DNA from: a virus
DNA length: 36,969 bases
IMG/VR virus record: IMGVR_UViG_3300040770_000189
Location: 1 to 36,969 of that record
Direction: 5' to 3' (one strand)
Shown here: positions 8,045 through 16,711 of the stretch, one piece after another
How the letters are laid out: each line of letters opens with the position of its first letter
How positions within the stretch are numbered: position 1 is the first letter of the stretch
Position numbers and translations under genes: made by a program
Notes under the pieces: model-generated
What the model was told of the DNA's origin: nothing
The model's database searches: none
The model's input: the letters and a program-made list of their open reading frames with translations, nothing else

Positions 8045-8742
8045 TAATAGTCGTGTTTTAGTTTTTTCTTTGAGTTCCAAGAAATGTCATTTCCTTTTTG
8101 GGCGCCAAGGTCGCGTTTTGGTAAAAAATCGGCGTCGACGTTGTTTCTTGGGTTCTGAACCAATCCAAGCCACTTAATAGAATCATCGCGCCTTTGAATT
8201 CTAAATTCCGGTATATTTCGCGGGTTTATACGTGAATGAAGTTCGTAAAGCGCCACATTTATAACGTGCCTTTTGATCAGGGCGTTTCTTTTTTCTCCTG
8301 TCTCAAATTTAGCTTCATCTGTAAACAAATCGCCCGCGTTAGTGTCTAATTTAGCGGTGTAATAACTTCCAGCTTTTCCAATCTCTAAAAATGAAGCGGT
8401 TGTTCCGGTTCCGGCCGTGGTAACTCGATAAACTTTACCGTCCGTTTTTGTTACCAAATCATTAACGGCGTAAGAATCGCCGGCCACTATTTTAGGCGCG
8501 TTTAAATAAATAAAATCACCAGCCTTAAAAGTTTCGCCGTTTGCGTATTCGTGAACAGGAAAAAACACTTTCGAAATATCATAACGACCTGATAAATAAG
8601 AGGAAATTTCCTGTATAACGTTCGCTTCAGTTTCTTCAATGATGTTTTCGGGCGTTGTTCCTTCGTCATTCGAATAAGTCACAACGTTTAAGTCTTCTTC
8701 GTCAATTAAAATAAAATAATCGCGTTTTATTAGAAAAGCCAT
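8044..8742 (-). CDS. head-tail adaptor-like protein (Mu gp36/DUF1320-like ends with a central insertion)
   Basis: N-terminus ...IQEISSYLSGRYDISKVF and C-terminus ...ALIKRHVINVALYELHSRINPRN resemble DUF1320. About 75 aa are inserted between them. Confidence 0.4.
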   Translation of the reverse strand: MAFLIKRDYFILIDEEDLNVVTYSNDEGTTPENIIEETEANVIQEISSYLSGRYDISKVFFPVHEYANGETFKAGDFIYLNAPKIVAGDSYAVNDLVTKTDGKVYRVTTAGTGTTASFLEIGKAGSYYTAKLDTNAGDLFTDEAKFETGEKRNALIKRHVINVALYELHSRINPRNIPEFRIQRRDDSIKWLGLVQNPRNNVDADFLPKRDLGAQKGNDISWNSKKKLKHDY

Positions 8743-8758
8743 AATTAAAATGTTTTGC

Positions 8759-8766
8759 CAAATATA
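8759..8766 (-). promoter_or_regulatory. Bacteroidota-type -7 box TATATTTG
   Basis: Exact TAnnTTTG on the minus strand, 16 nt upstream of the ATG at 8742 and just downstream of a terminator-like hairpin. Confidence 0.4.
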
Positions 8767-8769
8767 ACA

Positions 8770-8800
8770 AAAAAAAACGCCCTAAATAAATAAGGCGCTT
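8770..8800 (-). terminator. weak rho-independent terminator
   Basis: In minus sense: AAGCGCC, a 12-nt loop, GGCGTTT, then a T run (T9 including the stem). The long loop makes this only moderate support. Confidence 0.35.
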
Positions 8801-8819
8801 ATTTTTAAATTATACCAAA

Positions 8820-9227
8820 TTAAACGCTTGGCTTAATTTCGGTTTTCTTTTCGCCTTCTTCGGCTTTTTTCTTAGCTTCTTCAGCTTCATTTTTTTTCTT
8901 TTCCTTATAAGCTTTGTCTGTTTGTGCTTTTTTGGCCTTTGCTTCAGCTTGTTTTTTTGCTTCTTCTTCAGTCAATTCTTTTTTAGGTTCTGAAATTACA
9001 GCTTCATAAATTTCACCTACTTTAAAAACCGCTTCAACTCCTTTTTCTTCGCCTTCTTCAGCTTCTTCGCCTTCTTCAGCTTCTTCAAGCGTGGCCTGAA
9101 TCCTGAAACCGTCCTTCAGCTTTTCGTTAGGGTTCTTTTCTTCAGCTGGAACAAATGACGCTATATAAACACCGCCTTCAGAATGATCAACGTCAGTACA
9201 CACAACGTTAAATTTAATTTTCTTCAT
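8820..9227 (-). CDS. highly charged Glu/Lys-rich protein (135 aa)
   Basis: A small N-terminal domain is followed by EEAEEGEEAEEGEE and a K/E/A-rich tail. The coding DNA contains a perfect 18-bp tandem duplication (9051-9068 = 9069-9086). Confidence 0.6.
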   Translation of the reverse strand: MKKIKFNVVCTDVDHSEGGVYIASFVPAEEKNPNEKLKDGFRIQATLEEAEEGEEAEEGEEKGVEAVFKVGEIYEAVISEPKKELTEEEAKKQAEAKAKKAQTDKAYKEKKKNEAEEAKKKAEEGEKKTEIKPSV

Positions 9228-9259
9228 AATTTTGCTTTTAATGTTAAATTTATTGACTT

Positions 9260-9267
9260 CAAATATA
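9260..9267 (-). promoter_or_regulatory. Bacteroidota-type -7 box TATATTTG
   Basis: Exact TAnnTTTG on the minus strand, in the 51-nt gap after the terminase stop and 32 nt upstream of the ATG at 9227. Confidence 0.4.
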
Positions 9268-9278
9268 ATCTATTTTAA

Positions 9279-10838
9279 TTAATACACGTTTTTTTTAGTT
9301 CTATTTCTAATAACTGCTTTTTCCACACTCTTAGAAGAACCAAAATTTTCGAAACTTGACGAAAAATAATAAGTATAAAAATAGTCGTTCGCGTCGGTGT
9401 TGTGGCCGTATTTCTCAAAAACTACGCCTGTAACGCTGTTTTTTTCCTTCTCTTTGTGCTTTGAACCGTCTGAAGCTTGTTTTAAATACTTATAGTCTCC
9501 TATTGTCTTGGTGCAATTGTCGCCAATACTGACTTCTATACCGTCAAGGCCATTCAAAACGGCGTTGAACCAATTACAACGAAGTTCGACGTTAGGGTTC
9601 TTCGAAGGAACGCGCCTGACAACTGTATAACCATAATCGCGAAGCGCGTTTTCAATAAGCACAAAGAAATTAACACCTTTTTCAAGTTTTACGTCGGCCT
9701 TTTTACTTGTGGCGTCGCCATACACAAAAACAGTCATTCCGTTAGGTTCATAACGGCTGTAAAATTCTTTTAAGGTATGGTTTAGCGTGTTTCTAGGGTC
9801 TTCAAGACAAATTTCGTCAATTTGCCAAGCTTTTAAACCTTCAGCTTGATGAATGTCCAGCGTCATAAATGGATTTACATTTTCGTCAAAAGTCAAATGA
9901 AGCGACTTTTCAGGATCATAAAGCCAAGGCTTTACGTGTCTTTTAATATCAAAGTTCTTGTACATTTCGCCACCTTTGTTTAATTTACCCCATTCGCCAA
10001 GGCCATAAATAGCGTAAAAGTCCCAATCGTTAACTTTGTCTTGATCAAAATCCATTATAGTTTGTTCGTCTAAAAATCCAAAGCTTTCGCAAGGCGAACC
10101 AACGACCCAAAAGTTATTAAGATAAGTCGACTTAATTACAACTATATTCGAAGGTCTTTCAAGTCCTTTAATGAATAACGGCGCGCCTTCCCATTTCTCA
10201 GTGACTTCAGTATAAACAGGATCAATGTCAAGCTTCAATACGCCGTTTCTATCTACTAACGAATTTGATAAAACTTGTTTTTTCTGCTTGTCGAACACCT
10301 CTTTTTTAATCCAATGCTCTTCGTCTATAGGGTTAAACATACAAACTATTTGCTGACCTGAACGACCCCTTAAACGCTTTCTAATCTGCTTATAATCTGC
10401 AAACTCCATTTCGCTTATTTCGTCCATTACTACGCGCTTATACCCCGATATACCTTTAATTTTCTGATTGTCGTCAAGTCCTTTGAAGTCGATAACGGCG
10501 CCGTTTACACAAGTTATTTTTCTATAATTTATCTTAAAGAACTGTTCTAGTTTCAGCGTTCTAATAATTCCAACAACGTCTTTATAAATAGTACTTTCAA
10601 GGGTCGCCGATACTTTACGAAAAATTAAAGTATCGCTTCCCTCGATCAAAGACCCCACAATAACAACGGCTTGACTTACACTGTAAGTTTTGGCCGAAGA
10701 TGAACCCCCGTAACACCATATAAAACGGCGCGAAGGGTCGCAAAATTCGCGTTCTATATGGTGAAAGTTAGGATTGAATAGTTTCCAATTAAAGCGAAGT
10801 TTTACGCGGTTCTTGTCGTTAGTCTTCATCGAATTCAT
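9279..10838 (-). CDS. terL: terminase large subunit
   Basis: Walker A-like CYGGSSSAKTYS and Walker B RVVMDEISE, with C-terminal nuclease-like acidic motifs. 519 aa. Overlaps the small-subunit gene by 20 nt. Confidence 0.8.
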   Translation of the reverse strand: MNSMKTNDKNRVKLRFNWKLFNPNFHHIEREFCDPSRRFIWCYGGSSSAKTYSVSQAVVIVGSLIEGSDTLIFRKVSATLESTIYKDVVGIIRTLKLEQFFKINYRKITCVNGAVIDFKGLDDNQKIKGISGYKRVVMDEISEMEFADYKQIRKRLRGRSGQQIVCMFNPIDEEHWIKKEVFDKQKKQVLSNSLVDRNGVLKLDIDPVYTEVTEKWEGAPLFIKGLERPSNIVVIKSTYLNNFWVVGSPCESFGFLDEQTIMDFDQDKVNDWDFYAIYGLGEWGKLNKGGEMYKNFDIKRHVKPWLYDPEKSLHLTFDENVNPFMTLDIHQAEGLKAWQIDEICLEDPRNTLNHTLKEFYSRYEPNGMTVFVYGDATSKKADVKLEKGVNFFVLIENALRDYGYTVVRRVPSKNPNVELRCNWFNAVLNGLDGIEVSIGDNCTKTIGDYKYLKQASDGSKHKEKEKNSVTGVVFEKYGHNTDANDYFYTYYFSSSFENFGSSKSVEKAVIRNRTKKNVY

Positions 10839-11403
10839 AATCTATATTTTCAGTTTCTTCGCCCCCAATGTAAAATTCGGTTTGAGTTTTTACGGTGTTT
10901 TCAATTTTTTCTTCAGCGTTCCAGCCAAGATTTTTCAAGGCAAAAACCGCCCCTTGTGGAAAAGCTTCAGTTAAAAGGTTTTCATAATGCAAAGTTATAA
11001 TACCGCGCGCCTTCTTGATAATGTGACTAAAATCGCGGTTTTCTTCGTAAGCGTAAAAACTTTTTCTATCTGAAAACCCGCAATAAAGAACCAAACCGCT
11101 GATTGTCAGCTTTATATTATTTTCGTAACAATGTATAAAATAACCTGTAATTTCTTCTTCAAGTTCTTCAGGCGACGAATAAAGTCTTGGTCTTCCCTTA
11201 GGATTTTTAGAAAATATAAGTTCTATAAATTTTCTTTGTTGTTGAACTGCTGTAAGTTTAACAGGTTTTTCTTTTTCTTTGTCAACTAAATCTTTTGATA
11301 TAGAAAAAGGAACTAAAGAAGCGTCACGAACTGCCAAACGTTCGGCTTTTTTAATTTCAGTCTTTGTCTTTTTTGGCTCCCTTGGTTTTTTAGGCTGTTC
11401 CAT
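10819..11403 (-). CDS. terS: terminase small subunit
   Basis: LTISGLVLYCGFSDRKSFYAYEEN...FSHIIKKARGIITLHYENLL fits the terminase small-subunit HTH pattern. Lies directly upstream of terL. Confidence 0.65.
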   Translation of the reverse strand: MEQPKKPREPKKTKTEIKKAERLAVRDASLVPFSISKDLVDKEKEKPVKLTAVQQQRKFIELIFSKNPKGRPRLYSSPEELEEEITGYFIHCYENNIKLTISGLVLYCGFSDRKSFYAYEENRDFSHIIKKARGIITLHYENLLTEAFPQGAVFALKNLGWNAEEKIENTVKTQTEFYIGGEETENIDYEFDED

Positions 11404-12089
11404 TATTTTAATTTAATTTCATTAGTTCCGTTATAAAATACCGGTTCGGGGTTATCAATGCTTTTTTTGTAAAAAGCTAAAAAATCAGGCGTAAAAAGTA
11501 TTTCAAATCCTTCAAGTTTATCGTAACCCTCGTTAATAAACTCTATTATCAAGCCTTTGAATCGTTCCATATTCTCAGGCGATACCATTTCAGAAAGTAA
11601 ATTTATAATTCCTTCTTCCATATCGTAAAGGTAATTAAAAACACCTGTTTTGTAAACAAATGCTTCCCGTTTTAGACCTCTTTGAAACATAGGCGACTTA
11701 TCTTCTATGATTGCAAAAATAATGTCTTGAAACTCCTGTAATGATCTAAACACAAAAACCCTAAAACCGTGTTCGTGTAAAATATTATGAATTTTTACTT
11801 GATCCCTCGAAACTGTTCCTGTTGGCGTTTTACACTCTAAAAAGAAAGTTCTTTTCCAAAAATGAAATTCCAAATCAGGAACGCCAGCAACAACGCCCAA
11901 AGCTTTGAGCTGGTTTCCTTTTGCTCCTGTCATTTTACCGCCGTTAGGAACGTGATACATTAAACCGCGCAAAGCTGGAAAAGTATTGTGAAACCATTGA
12001 AAACATTCGCTTTGAATTCTGCCTTCGGTCTTTTGCTGTTCTGTAAGAACTTCTTCAATATTTTCTTCAAGTGTGATTTGCTTATTCAT
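11403..12089 (-). CDS. VRR-NUC (PD-(D/E)xK) nuclease with a C-terminal extension
   Basis: GVPDLEFHFWKRTFFLECKTPTGTVSRDQ matches the VRR-NUC core (PDl...h.E.K....ls..Q). About 100 extra C-terminal residues are of unknown function. Confidence 0.7.
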   Translation of the reverse strand: MNKQITLEENIEEVLTEQQKTEGRIQSECFQWFHNTFPALRGLMYHVPNGGKMTGAKGNQLKALGVVAGVPDLEFHFWKRTFFLECKTPTGTVSRDQVKIHNILHEHGFRVFVFRSLQEFQDIIFAIIEDKSPMFQRGLKREAFVYKTGVFNYLYDMEEGIINLLSEMVSPENMERFKGLIIEFINEGYDKLEGFEILFTPDFLAFYKKSIDNPEPVFYNGTNEIKLK

Positions 12090-12124
12090 ATTTTATAATT
12101 TTTAATTTGTTGTTTTCATTTAGC

Positions 12125-12396
12125 TGGAACGTTGGAACATTACCGGAACATCATATTTTTTTTAATGTTCCACCGCGAACCCTTTATTGGTAAGCCTTGG
12201 AACGTTTGGAACAATAGGAACATTGAAATTATAACATTTTATAAATAGGCTATATTATCATTATACGCCCATATTTCAAAAGTGTTCAGAATTCAATGTT
12301 CCAATGTTCCAATTTTAATAAACCCGCGCTATTACTAGCTTAACGCTGGAACGTTAAAAAAAATTCAATGTTCCAATATGAATTTTTAACGTTCCA
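12125..12396. repeat. array of 12 copies of a 9-mer TGGAACRTT / AAYGTTCCA (iteron-like)
   Basis: Forward copies: 12125, 12133, 12144, 12198, 12207, 12216, 12347. Reverse copies: 12164, 12295, 12303, 12367, 12388. A degenerate copy lies at 12281. An AT-rich spacer with no clean copies spans 12225-12294. Confidence 0.85.
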
Positions 12397-12409
12397 TTCT
12401 ACAAATAAC

Positions 12410-13924
12410 CTAAAAAGGGAATTTCTTTTGTTCCGGTTCTTTTGGGTCAGGTCTTACGTATTTGGCCGGTTCTAGTCCATTCTTATAAGAAGAAGTTGTT
12501 CTTAAATTAACATAATAACCGCGCGTTTTATGTCCATTTATTCGCTGGACGTCCGCAATAAAACCAAGCTGAACCATTGATTTTCCAATAAAACGAGAGT
12601 TTAAAGGCTTACCGCCGAATTTATCCGATAAGGTTAAAATTATATCCGGCAAGCTATAAAATTGGCCTGAAGTGTCGCTTATTTCAAAACACTGTTTAAT
12701 TAAATCTTTTTCAAGGTCTGAAATTTCAAAAGTTTTATTTGCCAAGTCGCGCGAAGCCATTTCTTCAGCTGTTAAACTTTGATTATATTCGGGGTCGTGG
12801 TACAAAGAATAGGCTTGCGACCATACGGCGTGAATATCAACTTCGGTTTTGTAATTCCAATTTATATCAATAACGTTAACACAAAGCCAGCGTGTATTTT
12901 CTGTATCTGTTAAAAATTCATTTTTATTTGTAGAGCCAAAGAAATTCGTTCGCCTTGGCTGTTCCTCGGCGTCTACAGCGTAAGCTTTTCTTTCTTTGAT
13001 GCTAGTCATTGAAATAATACTTTTTAAGTGATTTACTTCAATATTTGAAAGCGAAGCTAGTTCTTCAAGATTATAAATGAAATTTTCGCTAAAACTAAAA
13101 TAAGTGTCTTTGTTGTCTCTAATCGGTGCTTCAGTATAATATTTTGATCCAAAAGGGTTCAAAAATCTAATAAAAGTACTTTTTCCTTTTTCCTGTTTTT
13201 CTCCTACGAAAACATAAACGAAACGATTTTCAACGCCATAAAGCGCGCAACCTATACAGCGGACTAGCATTTTTCTAAATTGCGTAACGTGAAAATCTTG
13301 GTCAGTAGTAGTTACAAAATTTGCTAAGTTTCCGATGTGATCAATATCACGTTCCCAAGCTGGTAACGCTTCAAAATAATCAATAAAAGGGTTGTATGTA
13401 TCGACAAAATCAGAACGAAGCAAAGACTTAACTTTATCAATTGAAAAGTTAAATCTTACGTGTTGCAATTTTCTGTATAAGCTGTCGACGTTAAGTTTTT
13501 GATACTCGCTTTCAGGCTGGTTTTTTGGTCTGTATTCGCTTCTTTGCGTAACTTCATTTTTTACAAATTCCCAATTCTTACGAAGGAAATTTTCAACCTT
13601 GTAAATTTCAGGCTTTTCGTCAATTCCGAAGTCGTCTTTGTTAGCTTCAAAAACTCTTACAAAAACCGCGCGAACTTTGTCCATTGAAAAATAAAATCTT
13701 TCGCAAAGGTGCTTTATATCTGTTTCAGTCCAATTCCGGCCGGCCTTATTTACAGCGTGAATGAAAGAGTAAATTTCGCGCCAATTGTCCTTTTCTTGGT
13801 CTGTTCTTGCTTGTTGTACTTCGGGCGTTTCGTCAAATTCTACATATTTTGCTGACTGAATAAAGTCGTTTTTAATAAAATTTTCAGGTGTTATTTTTTT
13901 TTCTTGATCTTGACTTTTCTCCAT
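12410..13924 (-). CDS. VirE-family P-loop helicase (primase-associated, SF3-like)
   Basis: Walker A VFVGEKQEKGKSTFIRFL plus ...NLEEL...FFGSTN.. fits the virulence-associated protein E pattern. ATGA-coupled to the primase gene upstream. Confidence 0.75.
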   Translation of the reverse strand: MEKSQDQEKKITPENFIKNDFIQSAKYVEFDETPEVQQARTDQEKDNWREIYSFIHAVNKAGRNWTETDIKHLCERFYFSMDKVRAVFVRVFEANKDDFGIDEKPEIYKVENFLRKNWEFVKNEVTQRSEYRPKNQPESEYQKLNVDSLYRKLQHVRFNFSIDKVKSLLRSDFVDTYNPFIDYFEALPAWERDIDHIGNLANFVTTTDQDFHVTQFRKMLVRCIGCALYGVENRFVYVFVGEKQEKGKSTFIRFLNPFGSKYYTEAPIRDNKDTYFSFSENFIYNLEELASLSNIEVNHLKSIISMTSIKERKAYAVDAEEQPRRTNFFGSTNKNEFLTDTENTRWLCVNVIDINWNYKTEVDIHAVWSQAYSLYHDPEYNQSLTAEEMASRDLANKTFEISDLEKDLIKQCFEISDTSGQFYSLPDIILTLSDKFGGKPLNSRFIGKSMVQLGFIADVQRINGHKTRGYYVNLRTTSSYKNGLEPAKYVRPDPKEPEQKKFPF

Positions 13925-14811
13925 TATCTAAGTGTTAACTGTGACAACATACCCGTTAAAATAGCTGTTTTTGCTGTGTTTTGATACCCTTTTATTCCTT
14001 TTCGAAGGTAGGAATTATTTTGTATTAAAGTAAAAATAAATTGTTCCGATTCCATTTGATCTATGTAACCGCTTGATACATAACCGCCTAAGGTAACGCC
14101 TGCGCTTCTAACTTGCGGGTGTCCGTTGTCAATTATTGCGCTAAATAACTTAATAATTATATTCTGAACGCGCGCTTTGTCTCCTTCTCCAATATTAACC
14201 GGAACGATTGGCGCCGTTGAAGCTACAAACGCATTAATCATTTTACCGCGCTTAGTCCAAGTTTCCGGTTCCTCTCTATATAGTAAATCAGGATCATAAG
14301 ACAAAAACAAAGGCAAAACCGAATTTTGTCCGGTTCCGTCAAACCCTTTGTATTTTTCCATTTCAATAGCTATTCCAAAAAAGTATTCTTTGAATTCGTC
14401 AACGCTTTGAACAACCGGAATTTTTACCAAGAACTTACAACCTTTTTTTGAAGGCGAAAGCCAGCCGGCTATTATACATTTATAGTTATTAAACATAAAG
14501 TATTTGAATTCGTTAGCGTGTTCTATGTGATCAAAGTCCAATACTAAAAGGCCTGTAAAACTACAAATGTTGTCATAACCGCGACCGTTTCCGTCTGTAA
14601 AAACGCAAGGCGTAAAGTAAAAAAGATTATTTTGTTTTAAAGTAGCCTTGCGTTTCATATTTTTGTATTTTTCACAAATAGCGATCAATCTAAAAACACG
14701 TTTTATTTTGTTGCTTGGGTCTTGGTTAGCTTTTAGGAATTCAAAAAGCGTAACTTCTCCAATTGGTTTTTTTGAATTTACATAAGCCGGATAAAATTGA
14801 AATTTTACCAT
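13924..14811 (-). CDS. AEP-type primase domain protein (BT4734/VirE_N-like)
   Basis: Acidic LLVLDFDHI (DxD) motif in a ~295-aa protein immediately upstream of the VirE helicase. Confidence 0.65.
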   Translation of the reverse strand: MVKFQFYPAYVNSKKPIGEVTLFEFLKANQDPSNKIKRVFRLIAICEKYKNMKRKATLKQNNLFYFTPCVFTDGNGRGYDNICSFTGLLVLDFDHIEHANEFKYFMFNNYKCIIAGWLSPSKKGCKFLVKIPVVQSVDEFKEYFFGIAIEMEKYKGFDGTGQNSVLPLFLSYDPDLLYREEPETWTKRGKMINAFVASTAPIVPVNIGEGDKARVQNIIIKLFSAIIDNGHPQVRSAGVTLGGYVSSGYIDQMESEQFIFTLIQNNSYLRKGIKGYQNTAKTAILTGMLSQLTLR

Positions 14812-14972
14812 TTACCAAGAAGAACAAATTCAACTAACAGAATAATTCCGGCTAAAATAAAAGCCGATAAAATTAAACAGCCGGCAAAAATTCTGATTTT
14901 GTCGACAATTGATAATTCTGATTTTATTTCTTTACCGTTAAAAATAAAACCTTGGTTCTTTTGCTGTTTCAT
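14805..14972 (-). CDS. small membrane protein (55 aa)
   Basis: Read by hand (below the track cut-off): MKQQKNQGFIFNGKEIKSELSIVDKIRIFAGCLILSAFILAGIILLVEFVLLGKW. ATGA overlap with the upstream stop, and its own stop overlaps the primase ATG. It fills an otherwise empty gap. Confidence 0.4.
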   Translation of the reverse strand: MKQQKNQGFIFNGKEIKSELSIVDKIRIFAGCLILSAFILAGIILLVEFVLLGKW

Positions 14973-15295
14973 AGCTCTATAATTTTAAATAGTTCTTTGT
15001 ATTGTGGTGCTTTAATGTCTGAAATAATAATTTGGTTAAATGGTGAAGGGTAAAAATTCTTAATACCGTAAAAGCTTGAATCGTTGCCAAATTCAATCGC
15101 TCTAAAAGGCTGGTTAGTGCTGAATCTACCTCTAAAATACATATTTAGAACTATTCTGAAATAGTCAGGTATATAAATACAAATGGTTTCGTCTATTCCG
15201 TTATTTTCGTGTTTAACGTACCAAATTGATTTTCTAACGTCTTCAATTATAACTTCAATTTCTTCGTAACTAAATCTTTTCATTTTTCTTTTCAT
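14969..15295 (-). CDS. hypothetical protein (108 aa)
   Basis: ORF with coupled boundaries (TAATG upstream, ATGA downstream). No motif recognised. Confidence 0.5.
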   Translation of the reverse strand: MKRKMKRFSYEEIEVIIEDVRKSIWYVKHENNGIDETICIYIPDYFRIVLNMYFRGRFSTNQPFRAIEFGNDSSFYGIKNFYPSPFNQIIISDIKAPQYKELFKIIEL

Positions 15296-15789
15296 TAAAA
15301 TTTATATCCTATTTTTAAAAAACCGCTGTATCTCATTTCGTTGGGGTAATCGTAAAACTCGAAATCGCTTCTATAATCGTAAGTAGAACGAAGGCCAACA
15401 AAAACTTTTTCTGTTAATTTAAAATCAATTCCAGCTTCAACGCCAGCGGTCGGAAAAATTGCTTTTCTTGAAATAAGTCCAAGGCGGCCACCGGCATAGT
15501 AACGAATGCTTTCAAAATAACCTGAAGTAAAAGACAAGCCAAAAGCACCGGTAAAGTCTGTATAACCGTCTTTTAAGGCTGAAAAATTAGTTACTGAAGC
15601 GCGAACGTAAACTTCACTAACAGTTTCAATTTCTAAGCCAATGCAAAGGCCTTTTTCCTTATAGCTGGCCGAAGGATCAACAAGGACGGAAACGGCGAAA
15701 AATTGAGTTTTATTTAATCTAAAATTAGATTGTGAAAACCCTAGTAAGGTAAAAAATAAAGCTATTAAAATAATTTTTTTGTTGTACAT
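15295..15789 (-). CDS. secreted outer-membrane beta-barrel protein (OmpX/Lom-size)
   Basis: Signal peptide MYNKKIILIALFFTLLGFSQ, alternating hydrophobic beta-strand pattern with many Gly/aromatic residues, and a C-terminal ...GFLKIGYKF ending in Phe (beta-signal). Confidence 0.65.
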   Translation of the reverse strand: MYNKKIILIALFFTLLGFSQSNFRLNKTQFFAVSVLVDPSASYKEKGLCIGLEIETVSEVYVRASVTNFSALKDGYTDFTGAFGLSFTSGYFESIRYYAGGRLGLISRKAIFPTAGVEAGIDFKLTEKVFVGLRSTYDYRSDFEFYDYPNEMRYSGFLKIGYKF

Positions 15790-15805
15790 TTTTTTTAGAT
15801 TTAGA

Positions 15806-15823
15806 AGCGCCCGAAGGCGCTGG
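15806..15823 (-). other. GC-rich stem-loop AAGCGCCCGAAGGCGCTG (copy 2 of 2); UUCG tetraloop in mRNA sense
   Basis: Identical over 18 nt to 16729-16746. In minus sense it reads AGCGCC-UUCG-GGCGCU. It lies 6 nt after the stop at 15830 and is not followed by a U tract. Confidence 0.6.
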
Positions 15824-15829
15824 TTAATA

Positions 15830-16711
15830 TTAGAATTCCAGATTGGTAACGTGTTCTTGAATTTTTCTTATATATTCAATTTTTTCTTCATCTTCTTGTA
15901 TTTTTAAATCTTCAAGCAAATCAGGATCAATAAATTCTTTTATCGCTTCGCGACATAATTCCATTAATTTTTTAGGCTCCACGGCGTCAAGTTCTACCTG
16001 ACCGAGACCGCCCCAATTCGCTGTTCTGCTGTCTCCTACTTTTGCGGGTGCTGGTGGCAATTTCCAAGCTATAACTTGATCTTTCATCAATGCAAACCTT
16101 CTAACTTCTACAGGACAACCGAAACGGGTAAAGTTTTCTTCAATACTTCTTGGTATGTCTTCGCCTGAGGGATCATAATCACCAAAATACAATATAATAG
16201 GCGTTTTTCCGCTTCTTTTTGTTTTTTGGAATCTTTCTTTCGCTTCATTTAAAAAAGTTAAAGAGGGGTAACCTTTACAGGGTGCAAGTGCAACGCTGTA
16301 TTCCTCACAAGGCTTTTGAAAAACTCCCTGTAAAGCTTTCTTTTCAATCCAAACTTCGGGGACGTAAATTTGATTTTCCCAAGGGTTTTTTCTATAGTTT
16401 TTAACATAGTAGTTAATTGCCCAAACTCCATATTCAAACTTTTCTTCAACAGTGGTTTCTTCAGCTTTTGTTTCTCCTAATACTTCGCGGTCGTGGTCGC
16501 TAAACGCTTCAAAACTAACTAAACCCTTCCAACGTGCTTCGATCATACCGGCGACAACTCTTTTGTAATGTTGCATTGAATTTGTCATTCCAAGTCCTAC
16601 AAGTTGATAATGCAAACCGCGTATTGTTAAAACTCCTTCTTCGTATCTGCTAACTACTTCAATAGAGTTTTGAATGATCCAATTTCTTGTAAATCTGTCT
16701 TTTTGTTTCAT
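15830..16711 (-). CDS. stand-alone Topo VI subunit A / Spo11-like protein (5Y-CAP + Toprim; Topo mini-A-like)
   Basis: Motifs in canonical order: IRGLHY (R31..Y35), WIEKKA (E123), CKGYPS, LYFGDYDPSGEDI (D178, D180), QVELDAV. 293 aa. Confidence 0.65.
   Translation of the reverse strand: MKQKDRFTRNWIIQNSIEVVSRYEEGVLTIRGLHYQLVGLGMTNSMQHYKRVVAGMIEARWKGLVSFEAFSDHDREVLGETKAEETTVEEKFEYGVWAINYYVKNYRKNPWENQIYVPEVWIEKKALQGVFQKPCEEYSVALAPCKGYPSLTFLNEAKERFQKTKRSGKTPIILYFGDYDPSGEDIPRSIEENFTRFGCPVEVRRFALMKDQVIAWKLPPAPAKVGDSRTANWGGLGQVELDAVEPKKLMELCREAIKEFIDPDLLEDLKIQEDEEKIEYIRKIQEHVTNLEF

Noticed and set aside
8809-8817. Sigma-70-type extended -10 (TGGTATAAT) on the minus strand.
   Set aside because: It sits between a stop codon and a terminator hairpin, so it would drive no gene. 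The other signals point to a Bacteroidota host that uses TAnnTTTG rather than TATAAT.
12125-12396. Whether the repeat array could be a CRISPR array.
   Set aside because: The units are only 9 nt long, occur in both orientations and are often directly abutting. There are no regular unique spacers and no cas genes.
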